64,000 nt of DNA, from assembly GCA_964247055.1 (NCBI GenBank), contig OZ176050.1, forward strand, positions 248,001 to 312,000, given 5' to 3'. The translations under genes were made by a program, and so were the position numbers. Position 1 is the first letter of the stretch, and each line of letters opens with the position of its first letter. Shown here piece by piece: positions 24,662 to 39,584 of the stretch. This stretch comes from Paragordius varius (lineage: Eukaryota > Animalia > Nematomorpha). The notes below the pieces were generated by a model, which was not told where the DNA came from, searched no databases, and saw only the letters and a program-made list of their open reading frames with translations.

Positions 24662-27600
24662 GGGTAGCCCTATGGTAGTTCCATCATCACCCCAAATATT
24701 TTCGAGATCGGAGTATAAATGTAATTTTTATAAATTTTTTAAATATTTAAAAAATTTATTTTATACGATTTTAAAAATAAAAATGGCTACCTAAAATCCA
24801 AATTTGATCAGGTGATGTCGCCATAATTTTTTTTGGGTAGCCCTATGGTAGTTCCATCATCACCCCAAATATTTTGGGGATCGGACTATAAATGTAATTT
24901 TTATGAATTTTTTAAATATTTAAAAAATTTATTTTATACGATTTTAAAAATAAAAATGGCTACCTAAAATCCAAATTTGATCAGGTGATGTCGCCATGAT
25001 TTTTTTTGGGTAGCCCTATGGTAGTTCCATCATCACCCCAAATATTTTCGAGATCGGAGTATAAATATAATTTTTATGAATTTCTTAAATATTTAAAAAA
25101 TTTATTTTATACGATTTTAAAAATAAAAATGGCTACCTAAAATCCAAATTTGATCAGGTGATGTCACTATAATTTTTTTGGGTAGCCCTATGGTAGTTCC
25201 ATCATCACCCCAAATATTTTGGGGATCGGAGTATAAATGTAATTTTTATGAATTTTTTAAATATTTATTTATTTTATACGATTTTAAAAATAAAAATGGC
25301 TACCTAAAATCCAAATTTGATCAGGTGATGTCACCATAATTTTTTTTGGGTAGCCCTATGGTAGTTCCATCATCACCCCGAATACTTTGGGGATCGGACT
25401 ATAAATGTAATTTTTATGAATTTTTTAAATATTTAAAAAATTTATTTTATACGATTTTAAAAATAAAAATGGCTACCTAAAATCCAAATTTGATCAGGTG
25501 ATGTCGCCAAAATTTTTTTTGGGTAGCCCTATAGTAGTTCCATCATCACCAAAAATATTTTGGGGATCGGAGTATAAATGTAATTTTTATGAATTTTTTA
25601 TATATTTAAAAAATTTATTTTATACGATTTTAAAAATAAAAATGGCTACCTAAAATCCAAATTTGATCAGGTGATGTCACCATAATTTTTTTTGGGTAGC
25701 CCTATGGTAGTTCCATCATCAACCCAAATATTGTCGAGATCGGAGTATAAATGTAATTTTTTTGAATTTTTTAAATATTTAAAAAATTTATTTTATACGA
25801 TTTTAAAAATAAAAATGGCTACCTAAAATCCAAATTTGATCAGGTGATGTCGCCATAATTTTTTTTGGGTAGCCCTATGGTAGTTCCATCATCACCCCGA
25901 ATACTTTGGGGATCGGACTATAAATGTAATTTTTATGAATTTTTTAAATATTTAAAAAATTTATTTTATACGATTTTAAAAATAAAAATGGCTACCTAAA
26001 ATCCAAGTTTGATCAGGTGATGTCGCCATAATTTTTTTTGGGTAGCCCTATAGTAGTTCCATCATCACCCCAAATTTTTTGGGGATCCGACTATAAATGT
26101 AATTTTTATGAATTTTTTAAATATTTGAAAAATTTATTTTATACGATTTTAAAAATAAATATGGCTACCTAAAATCCAAATTTGATCAGGTGATGTCACC
26201 ATAATTTTTTTTGGGTAGCCCTATGGTAGTTCCATCATCACCCCAAATATTTTCGAGATCGGAGTATAAATGTAATTTTTATAAATTTTTTAAATATTTA
26301 AAAAATTTATTTTATACGATTTTAAAAATAAAAATGGCTACCTAAAATCCAAATTTGATCAGGTGATGTCACCATAATTTTTTTTGGGTAGCCCTATGGT
26401 AGTTCCATCATCACCCCGAATACTTTGGGGATCGGACTATAAATGTAATTTTTATGAATTTTTTAAATATTTAAAAAATTTATTTTATACGATTTTAAAA
26501 ATAAAAATGGCTACCTAAAATCCAAATTTGATCAGGTGATGTCGCCAAAATTTTTTTTGGGTAGCCCTATAGTAGTTCCATCATCACCAAAAATATTTTG
26601 GGGATCGGAGTATAAATGTAATTTTTATGAATTTTTTAAATATTTAAAAAATTTATTTTATACGATTTTAAAAATAAAAATGGCTACCTAAAATCTAAAT
26701 TTGATCAGGTGATGTCACCATAATTTTTTTTGGGTAGCCCTATGGTAGTTCCATCATCACCCCAAATATTTTCGAGATCGGACTATAAATGTAATTTTTA
26801 TGAATTTTTTAAATATTTAAAAAATTTATTTTATACGATTTTAAAAATAAAAATGGCTACCTAAAATCCAAATTTGATCAGGTGATGTCACCATAATTTT
26901 TTTTGGGTATCCCTATAGTAGTTCCATCATCACCAAAAATATTTTGGGGATCGGAGTATAAATGTAATTTTTATGAATTTTTTAAATATTTAAAAAATTT
27001 ATTATATACGATTTTAAAAATAAAAATGGCTACCTAAAATCCAAATTTGATCAGGTGATGTCACCATAATTTTTTTTGGGTAGCCCTATGGTAGTTCCAT
27101 CATCAACCCAAATATTGTCGAGATCGGAGTATAAATGTAATTTTTTTGAATTTTTTAAATATTTAAAAAATTTATTTTATACGATTTTAAAAATAAAAAT
27201 GGCTACCTAAAATCCAAATTTGATCAGGTGATGTCGCCATAATTTTTTTTGGGTAGCCCTATGGTAGTTCCATCATCACCCCGAATACTTTGGGGATCGG
27301 ACTATAAATGTAATTTTTATGAATTTTTTAAATATTTAAAAAATTTATTTTATACGATTTTAAAAATAAAAATGGCTACCTAAAATCCAAACTTGATCAG
27401 GTGATGTCACCATAATTTTTTTTGGGTAGCCCTATGATAGTTCCATCATCACCCCAAATATTTTCGAGATCGGAGTATAAATGTAATTTTTATGAATTTT
27501 TTAAATATTTAAAAAATTTATTTTATACGATTTTAAAAATAAAAATGGCTACCTAAAATCCAAATTTGATCAGGTGATGTCACTATAATTTTTTTGGGTA

Positions 27601-30004
27601 GCCTATGGTAGTTCCATCATCACCCCAAATATTTTGGGGATCGGAGTATAAATGTAATTTTTATGAATTTTTTAAATATTTATTTATTTTATACGATTTT
27701 AAAAATAAAAATGGCTACCTAAAATCCAAATTTGATCAGGTGATGTCACCATAATTTTTTTTGGGTAGCCCTATGGTAGTTCCATCATCACCCCGAATAC
27801 TTTGGGGATCGGACTATAAATGTAATTTTTATGAATTTTTTAAATATTTAAAAAATTTATTTTATACGATTTTAAAAATAAAAATGGCTACCTAAAATCC
27901 AAATTTGATCAGGTGATGTCGCCAAAATTTTTTTTGGGTAGCCCTATAGTAGTTCCATCATCACCAAAAATATTTTGGGGATCGGAGTATAAATGTAATT
28001 TTTATGAATTTTTTAAATATTTAAAAAATTTATTTTATACGATTTTAAAAATAAAAATGGCTACCTAAAATCCAAATTTGATCAGGTGATGTCGCCATAA
28101 TTTTTTTTGGGTAGCCCTATGGTAGTTCCATCATCACCCCGAATATTTTGGGGATCGGAGTATAAATGTAATTTTTATGAATTTTTTAAATATTTAAAAA
28201 ATTTATTTTATACGATTTTAAAAATAAAAATGGCTACCTAAAATCCAAATTTGATCAGGTGATGTCGCCATAATTTTTTTTGGGTAGCCCTATGGTAGTT
28301 CCATCATCACCCCGAATACTTTGGGGATCGGACTATAAATGTAATTTTTATGAATTTTTTAAATATTTAAAAAATTTATTTTATACGATTTTAAAAATAA
28401 AAATGGCTACCTAAAATCCAAATTTGATCAGGTGATGTCGCCAAAATTTTTTTTGGGTAGCCCTATGGTAGTTCCATCATCAACCCAAATATTGTCGAGA
28501 TCGGAGTATAAATGTAATTTTTTTGAATTTTTTAAATATTTAAAAAATTTATTTTATACGATTTTAAAAATAAAAATGGCTACCTAAAATCCAAATTTGA
28601 TCAGGTGATGTCGCCATAATTTTTTTTGGGTAGCCCTATGGTAGTTCCATCATCACCCCGAATACTTTGGGGATCGGACTATAAATGTAATTTTTATGAA
28701 TTTTTTAAATATTTTAAAAATTTATTTTATACGATTTTAAAAATAAAAATGGCTACCTAAAATCCAAATTTGATCAGGTGATGTCGCCATAATTTTTTTT
28801 GGGTAGCCCTATAGTAGTTCCATCATCTCCCCAAATATTTTGGGGATCCGACTATAAATGTAATTTTTATGAATTTTTTAAATATTTGAAAAATTTATTT
28901 TATACGATTTAAAAAAAAAAAATGGCTACCTAAAATCCAAATTTGATCAGGTGATGTCACCATAATTTTTTTGGGTAGCCCTATGGTAGTTCCATCATCA
29001 CCCCAAATATTTTCGAGATCGGAGTATAAATGTAATTTTTATAAATTTTTTAAATATTTAAAAAATTTATTTTATACGATTTTAAAAATAAAAATGGCTA
29101 CCTAAAATCCAAATTTGATCAGGTGATGTCGCCATAATTTTTTTTGGGTAGCCCTATGGTAGTTCCATCATCACCCCAAATATTTTGGGGATCGGACTAT
29201 AAATGTAATTTTTATGAATTTTTTAAATATTTAAAAAATTTATTTTATACGATTTTAAAAATAAAAATGGCTACCTAAAATCCAAATTTGATCAGGTGAT
29301 GTCGCCATGATTTTTTTTGGGTAGCCCTATGGTAGTTCCATCATCACCCCAAATATTTTCGAGATCGGAGTATAAATATAATTTTTATGAATTTCTTAAA
29401 TATTTAAAAAATTTATTTTATACGATTTTAAAAATAAAAATGGCTACCTAAAATCCAAATTTGATCAGGTGATGTCACTATAATTTTTTTGGGTAGCCCT
29501 ATGGTAGTTCCATCATCACCCCAAATATTTTGGGGATCGGAGTATAAATGTAATTTTTATGAATTTTTTAAATATTTATTTATTTTATACGATTTTAAAA
29601 ATAAAAATGGCTACCTAAAATCCAAATTTGATCAGGTGATGTCACCATAATTTTTTTTGGGTAGCCCTATGGTAGTTCCATCATCACCCCGAATACTTTG
29701 GGGATCGGACTATAAATGTAATTTTTATGAATTTTTTAAATATTTAAAAAATTTATTTTATACGATTTTAAAAATAAAAATGGCTACCTAAAATCCAAAT
29801 TTGATCAGGTGATGTCGCCAAAATTTTTTTTGGGTAGCCCTATAGTAGTTCCATCATCACCAAAAATATTTTGGGGATCGGAGTATAAATGTAATTTTTA
29901 TGAATTTTTTAAATATTTAAAAAATTTATTTTATACGATTTTAAAAATAAAAATGGCTACCTAAAATCCAAATTTGATCAGGTGATGTCACCATAATTTT
30001 TTTT
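24662..30004 (+). repeat. Six-monomer block present twice at a 25-monomer offset (4311 bp): about 24662-25693 and 28973-30004
   Basis: Markers gccatga 24995/29306, aaatataa+tttctt, the A6>A1 deletion and cgccaaaa/accaaaa occur in the same order in both copies. Confidence 0.82.
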
Positions 30005-30523
30005 GGGTAGCCCTATGGTAGTTCCATCATCACCCCGAATACTTTGGGGATCAGACTATAAATGTAATTTTTATGAATTTTTTAAATATTTAAAAAATTT
30101 ATTTTATACGATTTTAAAAATAAAAATGGCTACCTAAAATCCAAATTTGATCAGGTGATGTCGCCAAAATTTTTTTTGGGTAGCCCTATAGTAGTTCCAT
30201 CATCACCAAAAATATTTTGGGGATCGGAGTATAAATGTAATTTTTATGAATTTTTTAAATATTTAAAAAATTTATTTTATACGATTTTAAAAATAAAAAT
30301 GGCTACCTAAAATCTAAATTTGATCAGGTGATGTCACCATAATTTTTTTTGGGTAGCCCTATGGTAGTTCCATCATCACCCCAAATATTTTCGAGATCGG
30401 ACTATAAATGTAATTTTTATGAATTTTTTAAATATTTAAAAAATTTATTTTATACGATTTTAAAAATAAAAATGGCTACCTAAAATCCAAATTTGATCAG
30501 GTGATGTCACCATAATTTTTTTT

Positions 30524-33500
30524 GGTTATCCCTATAGTAGTTCCATCATCACCAAAAATATTTTGGGGATCGGAGTATAAATGTAATTTTTATGAATTTT
30601 TTAAATATTTAAAAAATTTATTTTATACGATTTTAAAAATAAAAATGGCTACCTAAAATCCAAATTTGATCAGGTGATGTCACCATAATTTTTTTTGGGT
30701 AGCCCTATGGTAGTTCCATCATCAACCCAAATATTGTCGAGATCGGAGTATAAATGTAATTTTTTTGAATTTTTTAAATATTTAAAAAATTTATTTTATA
30801 CGATTTTAAAAATAAAAATGGCTACCTAAAATCCAAATTTGATCAGGTGATGTCGCCATAATTTTTTTTGGGTAGCCCTATGGTAGTTCCATCATCACCC
30901 CGAATACTTTGGGGATCGGACTATAAATGTAATTTTTATGAATTTTTTAAATATTTAAAAAATTTATTTTATACGATTTTAAAAATAAAAATGGCTACCT
31001 AAAATCCAAATTTGATCAGGTGATGTCGCCATAATTTTTTTTGGGTAGCCCTATTGTAGTTCCATCATCACCCCAAATATTTTGGGGATCCGACTATAAA
31101 TGTAATTTTTATGAATTTTTTAAATATTTGAAAAATTTATTTTATACGATTTTAAAAATAAAAATGGCTACCTATAATCCAAATTTGATCAGGTGATGTC
31201 GCCATAATTTTTTTTGGGTAGCCCTATGGTAGTTCCATCATCACCCCGAATACTTTGGGGATCGGACTATAAATGTAATTTTTATGAATTTTTTAAATAT
31301 TTAAAAAATTTATTTTATACGATTTTAAAAATAAAAATGGCTACCTAAAATCCAAATTTGATCAGGTGATGTCGCCATAATTTTTTTTGGGTAGCCCTAT
31401 TGTAGTTCCATCATCACCCCAAATATTTTGGGGATCCGACTATAAATGTAATTTTTATGAATTTTTTAAATATTTGAAAAATTTATTTTATACGATTTTA
31501 AAAATAAAAATGGCTACCTAAAATCCAAATTTGATCAGGTGATGTCACCATAATTTTTTTTGGGTAGCCCTATGGTAGTTCCATCATCACCCCAAATATT
31601 TTCGAGATCGGAGTATAAATGTAATTTTTATAAATTTTTTAAATATTTATTTTATACGATTTTAAAAATAAAAATGGCTACCTAAAATCTAAATTTGATC
31701 AGGTGATGTCACCATAATTTTTTTTGGGTAGCCCTATGGTAGTTCCATCATCACCCCAAATATTTTCGAGATCGGACTATAAATGTAATTTTTATGAATT
31801 TTTTAAATATTTAAAAAATTTATTTTAAACGATTTTAAAAATAAAAATGGCTACCTAAAATCCAAATTTGATCAGGTGATGTCACCATAATATTTTTTGG
31901 GTAGCCCTATGGTAGTTCCATCATCACCCCAAATATTGTCGAGATCGGATTATAAATGTAATTTTTATTTAAAAAATTTATTTTATACGATTTTAAAAAT
32001 AAAAATGGCTACCTAAAATCCAAATTTGATCAGGTGATGTCACCATAATTTTTTTTGGGTAGCCCTATGGTACATCATCACCCCAAATATTTTCGAGATC
32101 GGAGTATAAATGTAATTTTTATGAATTTTTTAAATATTTAAAAAATTTATTTTATACGATTTTAAAAATAAAAATGGCTACCTAAAATCCAAATTTGATC
32201 AGGTGATGTCACCATAATTTTTTTTGGGTAGCCCTATGGTAGTTCCATCATCACCCCGAATACTTTGGGGATCGGACTATAAATGTAATTTTTATTTGAA
32301 AAATTTATTTTATACGATTTTAAAAATAAAAATGGCTACCTAAAATCCAAATTTGATCAGGTGATGTCACCATAATTTTTTTGGGTAGCCCTATGGTAGT
32401 TCCATCATCACCCCAAATATTTTGGGGATCGGAGTATAAATGTAATTTTTATGAATTTTTAAAATATTTATTTATTTTATACGATTTTAAAAATAAAAAT
32501 GGCTACCTAAAATCCAAATTTGATCAGGTGATGTCACCATAATTTTTTTTGGGTAGCCCTATGGTAGTTCCATCATCACCCCGAATACTTTGGGGATCGG
32601 ACTATAAATGTAATTTTTATGAATTTTTTAAATATTTAAAAAATTTATTTTATACGATTTTAAAAATAAAAATGGCTACCTAAAATCCAAATTTGATCAG
32701 GTGATGTCGCCAAAATTTTTTTTGGGTAGCCCTATAGTAGTTCCATCATCACCATAAATATTTTGGGGATCGGAGTATAAATGTAATTTTTATGAATTTT
32801 TTAAATATTTAAAAAATTTATTTTATACGATTTAAAAAATAAAAATGGCTACCTAAAATCCAAATTTGATCAGGTGATGTCACCATAATTTTTTTTGGGT
32901 AGCCCTATGGTAGTTCCATCATCTACCCAAATATTGTCGAGATCGGAGTATAAATGTAATTTTTTTGAATTTTTTAAATATTTAAAAAATTTATTTTATA
33001 CGATTTTAAAAATAAAAATGGCTACCTAAAATCCAAATTTGATCAGGTGATGTCACCATAATTTTTTTTGGTTATCCCTATAGTAGTTCCATCATCACCA
33101 AAAGTATTTTGGGGATCGGAGTATAAATGTAATTTTTATGAATTTTTTAAATATTTAAAAAATTTATTTTATACGATTTTAAAAATAAAAATGGCTACCT
33201 AAAATCCAAATTTGATCAGGTGATGTCACCATAATTTTTTTTGGGTAGCCCTATGGTAGTTCCATCATCAACCCAAATATTGTCGAGATCGGAGTATAAA
33301 TGTAATTTTTTTGAATTTTTTAAATATTTAAAAAATTTATTTTATACGATTTTAAAAATAAAAATGGCTACCTAAAATCCAAATTTGATCAGGTGATGTC
33401 GCCATAATTTTTTTTGGGTAGCCCTATGGTAGTTCCATCATCACCCCGAATACTTTGGGGATCGGACTATAAATGTAATTTTTATGAATTTTTTAAATAT

Positions 33501-35443
33501 TTAAAAAATTTATTTTATACGATTTTAAAAATAAAAATGGCTACCTAAAATCCAAATTTGATCAGGTGATGTCGCCATAATTTTTTTTGGGTAGCCCTAT
33601 TGTAGTTCCATCATCACCCCAAATATTTTGGGGATCCGACTATAAATGTAATTTTTATGAATTTTTTAAATATTTGAAAAATTTATTTTATACGATTTTA
33701 AAAATAAAAATGGCTACCTAAAATCCAAATTTGATCAGGTGATGTCGCCATAATTTTTTTTGGGTAGCCCTATGGTAGTTCCATCATCACCCCGAATACT
33801 TTGGGGATCGGACTATAAATGTAATTTTTATGAATTTTTTAAATATTTAAAAAATTTATTTTATACGATTTTAAAAATAAAAATGGCTACCTAAAATCCA
33901 AATTTGATCAGGTGATGTCGCCATAATTTTTTTTGGGTAGCCCTATTGTAGTTCCATCATCACCCCAAATATTTTGGGGATCCGACTATAAATGTAATTT
34001 TTATGAATTTTTTAAATATTTGAAAAATTTATTTTATACGATTTTAAAAATAAAAATGGCTACCTAAAATCCAAATTTGATCAGGTGATGTCACCATAAT
34101 TTTTTTTGGGTAGCCCTATGGTAGTTCCATCATCACCCCAAATATTTTCGAGATCGGAGTATAAATGTAATTTTTATAAATTTTTTAAATATTTATTTTA
34201 TACGATTTTAAAAATAAAAATGGCTACCTTAAATCTAAATTTGATCAGGTGATGTCACCATAATTTTTTTTGGGTAGCCCTATGGTAGTTCCATCATCAC
34301 CCCAAATATTTTCGAGATCGGACTATAAATGTAATTTTTATGAATTTTTTAAATATTTAAAAAATTTATTTTAAACGATTTTAAAAATAAAAATGGCTAC
34401 CTAAAATCCAAATTTGATCAGGTGATGTCACCATAATATTTTTTGGGTAGCCCTATGGTAGTTCCATCATCACCCCAAATATTGTCGAGATCGGATTATA
34501 AATGTAATTTTTATTTAAAAAATTTATTTTATACGATTTTAAAAATAAAAATGGCTACCTAAAATCCAAATTTGATCAGGTGATGTCACCATAATTTTTT
34601 TTGGGTAGCCCTATGGTACATCATCACCCCAAATATTTTCGAGATCGGAGTATAAATGTAATTTTTATGAATTTTTTAAATATTTAAAAAATTTATTTTA
34701 TACGATTTTAAAAATAAAAATGGCTACCTAAAATCCAAATTTGATCAGGTGATGTCACCATAATTTTTTTTGGGTAGCCCTATGGTAGTTCCATCATCAC
34801 CCCGAATACTTTGGGGATCGGACTATAAATGTAATTTTTATTTGAAAAATTTATTTTATACGATTTTAAAAATAAAAATGGCTACCTAAAATCCAAATTT
34901 GATCAGGTGATGTCACCATAATTTTTTTTGGGTAGCCCTATGGTAGTTCCATCATCACCCCAAATATTTTGGGGATCGGAGTATAAATGTAATTTTTATG
35001 AATTTTTAAAATATTTATTTATTTTATACGATTTTAAAAATAAAAATGGCTACCTAAAATCCAAATTTGATCAGGTGATGTCGCCAAAATTTTTTTTGGG
35101 TAGCCCTATAGTAGTTCCATCATCACCATAAATATTTTGGGGATCGGAGTATAAATGTAATTTTTATGAATTTTTTAAATATTTAAAAAATTTATTTTAT
35201 ACGATTTAAAAAATAAAAATGGCTACCTAAAATCCAAATTTGATCAGGTGATGTCACCATAATTTTTTTTGGGTAGCCCTATGGTAGTTCCATCATCTAC
35301 CCAAATATTGTCGAGATCGGAGTATAAATGTAATTTTTTTGAATTTTTTAAATATTTAAAAAATTTATTTTATACGATTTTAAAAATAAAAATGGCTACC
35401 TAAAATCCAAATTTGATCAGGTGATGTCGCCATAATTTTTTTT
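30524..35443 (+). repeat. Tandem duplication of a 15-monomer block (2546 bp); the second copy has lost one monomer
   Basis: ggttatcc 30524/33070 and ggtacatc 32071/34617 have offset 2546. tctaccc 32924/35298 has offset 2374, which is 2546 minus 172. Confidence 0.92.
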
Positions 35444-37854
35444 GGGTAGCCCTATGGTAGTTCCATCATCACCCCGAATACTTTGGGGATCGGACTATAA
35501 ATGTAATTTTTATGAATTTTTTAATTTAAAAAATTTATTTTATACGATTTTAAAAATAAAAATGGCTGCCTAAAATCCAAATTTGATCAGGTGATGTCGC
35601 CATAATTTTTTTGGGTAGCCCTATAGTAGTTCCATCATCACCCCAAATATTTTGGGGATCCGACTATAAATGTAATTTTTATGAATTTTTTAAATATTTG
35701 AAAAATTTATTTTATACGATTTTAAAAATAAAAATGGCTACCTAAAATCCAAATTTGATCAGGTGATGTCACCATAATTTTTTTTGGGTAGCCCTATGGT
35801 AGTTCCATCATCACCCCAAATATTTTCGAGATCGGAGTATAAATGTAATTTTTATAAATTTTTTAAATATTTAAAAAATTTATTTTATACGATTTTAAAA
35901 ATAAAAATGGCTACCTAAAATCCAAATTTGATCAGGTGATGTCGCCATAATTTTTTTTGGGTAGCCCTATGGTAGTTCCATCATCACCCCAAATATTTTC
36001 GAGATCGGAGTATAAATGTAATTTTTATGAATTTTTTAAATATTTAAAAAATTTATTTTATACGATTTTAAAAATAAAAATGGCTACCTAAAATCCAAAT
36101 TTGATCAGGTGATGTCGCCATGATTTTTTTTGGGTAGCCCTATGGTAGTTCCATCATCACCCCAAATATTTTCGAGATCGGAGTATAAATATAATTTTTA
36201 TGAATTTCTTAAATATTTAAAAAATTTATTTTATACGATTAAAATAAAAATGGCTACCTAAAATCCAAATTTGATCAGGTGATGTCGCCATAATTATTTT
36301 TGGGTAGCCCTATAGTAGTTCCATCATCACCTCAAATATTTTGGGGATCGGAGTATAAATGTAATTTTTATGAATTTTTTAAATATTTAAAAAATTATTT
36401 TATACGATTTTAAAAATAAAAATGGCTACCTAAAATCCAAATTTGATCAGGTGATGTCACTATAATTTTTTTTGGGTAGCCCTATGGTAGTTCCATCATC
36501 ACCCCAAATATTGTTGAGATCGGAGTATAAATGTAATTTTTATGAATTTTTTAAATATTTAAAAAATTTATTTTATACGATATTAAAAATAAAAATGGCT
36601 ACCTAAAATCCAAATTTGATCAGGTGATGTCGCCATAATTTTTTTTGCGTAGCCCTATGGTTGTTCCATCATCACCCCAAATATTTTCGAGATCGGAGTA
36701 TAAATGTAATTTTTATGAATTTTCTAAATATTTAAAAAATTTATTTTATACGATATTAAAAATAAAAATGGCTACCTAAAATCCAAATTTGATCAGGTGA
36801 TGTCACCATAATTTTTTTTGGGTAGCCCTATGGTAGTTCCATCATCACCCCAAATATTTTCGAGATCGGAGTATAAATGTAATTTTTATGAATTTTTTAA
36901 ATATTTAAAAAATTTATTTTATACGATTTTAAAAATAAAAATGGCTACCTAAAATCCAAATTTGATCAGGTGATGTCGCCAAAATTTTTTTTGGGTAGCC
37001 CTATAGTAGTTCCATCATCACCATAAATATTTTGGGGATCGGAGTATAAATGTAATTTTTATGAATTTTTTAAATATTTAAAAAATTTATTTTATACGAT
37101 TTTAAAAATAAAAATGGCTACCTAAAATCCAAATTTGATCAGGTGATGTCACCATAATTTTTTTTGGGTAGCCCTATGGTAGTTCCATCATCTACCCAAA
37201 TATTGTCGAGATCGGAGTATAAATGTAATTTTTTTGAATTTTTTAAATATTTAAAAAATTTATTTTATACGATTTTAAAAATAAAAATGGCTACCTAAAA
37301 TCCAAATTTGATCAGGTGATGTCGCCATAATTTTTTTTGGGTAGCCCTATGGTAGTTCCATCATCACCCCGAATACTTTGGGGATCGGACTATAAATGTA
37401 ATTTTTATGAATTTTTTAATTTAAAAAATTTATTTTATACGATTTTAAAAATAAAAATGGCTACCTAAAATCCAAATTTGATCAGGTGATGTCGCCATGA
37501 TTTTTTTTACGTAGCCCTATGGTAGTTCCATCATCACCCCAAATATTTTGGGGATCGGACTATAAATGTAATTTTTATGAATTTTTCAAATATTTGAAAA
37601 ATTTATTTTATACGATTTTAAAAATAAAAATGGCTACCTAAAATCCAAATTTGATCAGGTGATGTCACCATAATTTTTTTTGGGTAGCCCTATGGTAGTT
37701 CCATCATCACCCCAAATATTTTCGAGATCGGAGTATAAATGTAATTTTTATGAATTTTTTAAATATTTAAAAAATTTATTTTATACGATTTTAAAAATAA
37801 AAATGGCTACCTAAAATCCAAATTTGATCAGGTGATGTCACCATAATTTTTTTT

Positions 37855-39584
37855 GGGTAGCCCTATGGTAGTTCCATCATCACCCCAAATATTTTGGGGA
37901 TCGGACTATAAATGTAATTTTTATGAATTTTTTAAATATTTAAAAAATTTATTTTATACGATTTTAAAAATAAAAATGGCTACCTAAAATCCAAATTTGA
38001 TCAGGTGATGTCGCCATAATTTTTTTTGGGTAGCCCTATGGTAGTTCCATCATCACCCCGAATACTTTGGGGATCGGACTATAAATGTAATTTTTATGAA
38101 TTTTTTAAATATTTAAAAAATTTATTTTATACGATTTTAAAAATAAAAATGGCTACCTAAAATCCAAATTTGATCAGGTGATGTCGCCATAATTTTTTTT
38201 GGGTAGCCCTATAGTAGTTCCATCATCACCCCAAATATTTTGGGGATCGGACTATAAATGTAATTTTTATGAATTTTTTAAATATTTGAAAAATTAATTT
38301 TATACGATTTTAAAAATAAAAATGGCTACCTAAAATCCAAATTTGATCAGGTGATGTCACCATAATTTTTTTTGCGTAGCCCTATGGTTGTTCCATCATC
38401 ACCCCAAATATTTTGGGGATCGGAGTATAAATGTAATTTTTATGAATTTTTTAAATATTTAAAAAATTTATTTTATACGATATTAAAAATAAAAATGGCT
38501 ACCTAAAATCCAAATTTGATCAGGTGATGTCGCCATAATTTTTTTTGCGTAGCCCTATGGTTGTTCCATCATCACCCCAAATATTTTCGAGATCGGAGTA
38601 TAAATGTAATTTTTATGAATTTTCTAAATATTTAAAAAATTTATTTTATACGATTTTAAAAATAAAAATGGCTACCTAAAATCCAAATTTGATCAGGTGA
38701 TGTCACCATAATTTTTTTTGGGTAGCCCTATGGTAGTTCCATCATCACCCCAAATATTTTGGGGATCGGACTATAAATGTAATTTTTATGAATTTTTTAA
38801 ATATTTAAAAAATTTATTTTATACGATTTTAAAAATAAAAATGGCTACCTAAAATCCAAATTTGATCAGGTGATGTCGCCATAATTTTTTTTGGGTAGCC
38901 CTATGGTAGTTCCATCATCACCCCGAATACTTTAGGGATCGGACTATAAATGTAATTTTTATGAATTTTTTAAATATTTAAAAAATTTATTTTATACGAT
39001 TTTAAAAATAAAAATGGCTACCTAAAATCCAAATTTGATCAGGTGATGTCGCCATAATTTTTTTTGGGTAGCCCTATAGTAGTTCCATCATCACCCCAAA
39101 TATTTTGGGGATCGGACTATAAATGTAATTTTTATGAATTTTTTAAATATTTGAAAAATTAATTTTATACGATTTTAAAAATAAAAATGGCTACCTAAAA
39201 TCCAAATTTGATCAGGTGATGTCACCATAATTTTTTTTGCGTAGCCCTATGGTTGTTCCATCATCACCCCAAATATTTTGGGGATCGGAGTATAAATGTA
39301 ATTTTTATGAATTTTTTAAATATTTAAAAAATTTATTTTATACGATATTAAAAATAAAAATGGCTACCTAAAATCCAAATTTGATCAGGTGATGTCGCCA
39401 TAATTTTTTTTGCGTAGCCCTATGGTTGTTCCATCATCACCCCAAATATTTTCGAGATCGGAGTATAAATGTAATTTTTATGAATTTTCTAAATATTTAA
39501 AAAATTTATTTTATACGATATTAAAAATAAAAATGGCTACCTAAAATCCAAATTTGATCAGGTGATGTCACCATAATTTTTTTT
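37855..39584 (+). repeat. Tandem duplication of a 5-monomer block (865 bp)
   Basis: Markers tgaaaaattaatttt 38288/39153 and ggttgttcc 38387/39252 and 38560/39425. Confidence 0.88.

Noticed and set aside
22531-28922. A12-A13 tracts (22531, 23908, 28911) as retroelement poly(A) tails
   Set aside because: They arise from point changes merging the two consensus A5 runs (ttttaaaaataaaaa). Monomer length is essentially unchanged and there is no inserted sequence.
34928-35131. 67-aa ORF from the ORF track (MGSPMVVPSSPQIFW...)
   Set aside because: It is translated satellite. It starts at a TTG in the T-tract and stays open only because a 5-bp deletion makes this monomer 168 bp (in frame; GSPxVVPSSP repeats after 56 aa) and a ccaTaa>ccaAaa variant removes the usual stop. 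The paralog at 32383 ends at that stop.
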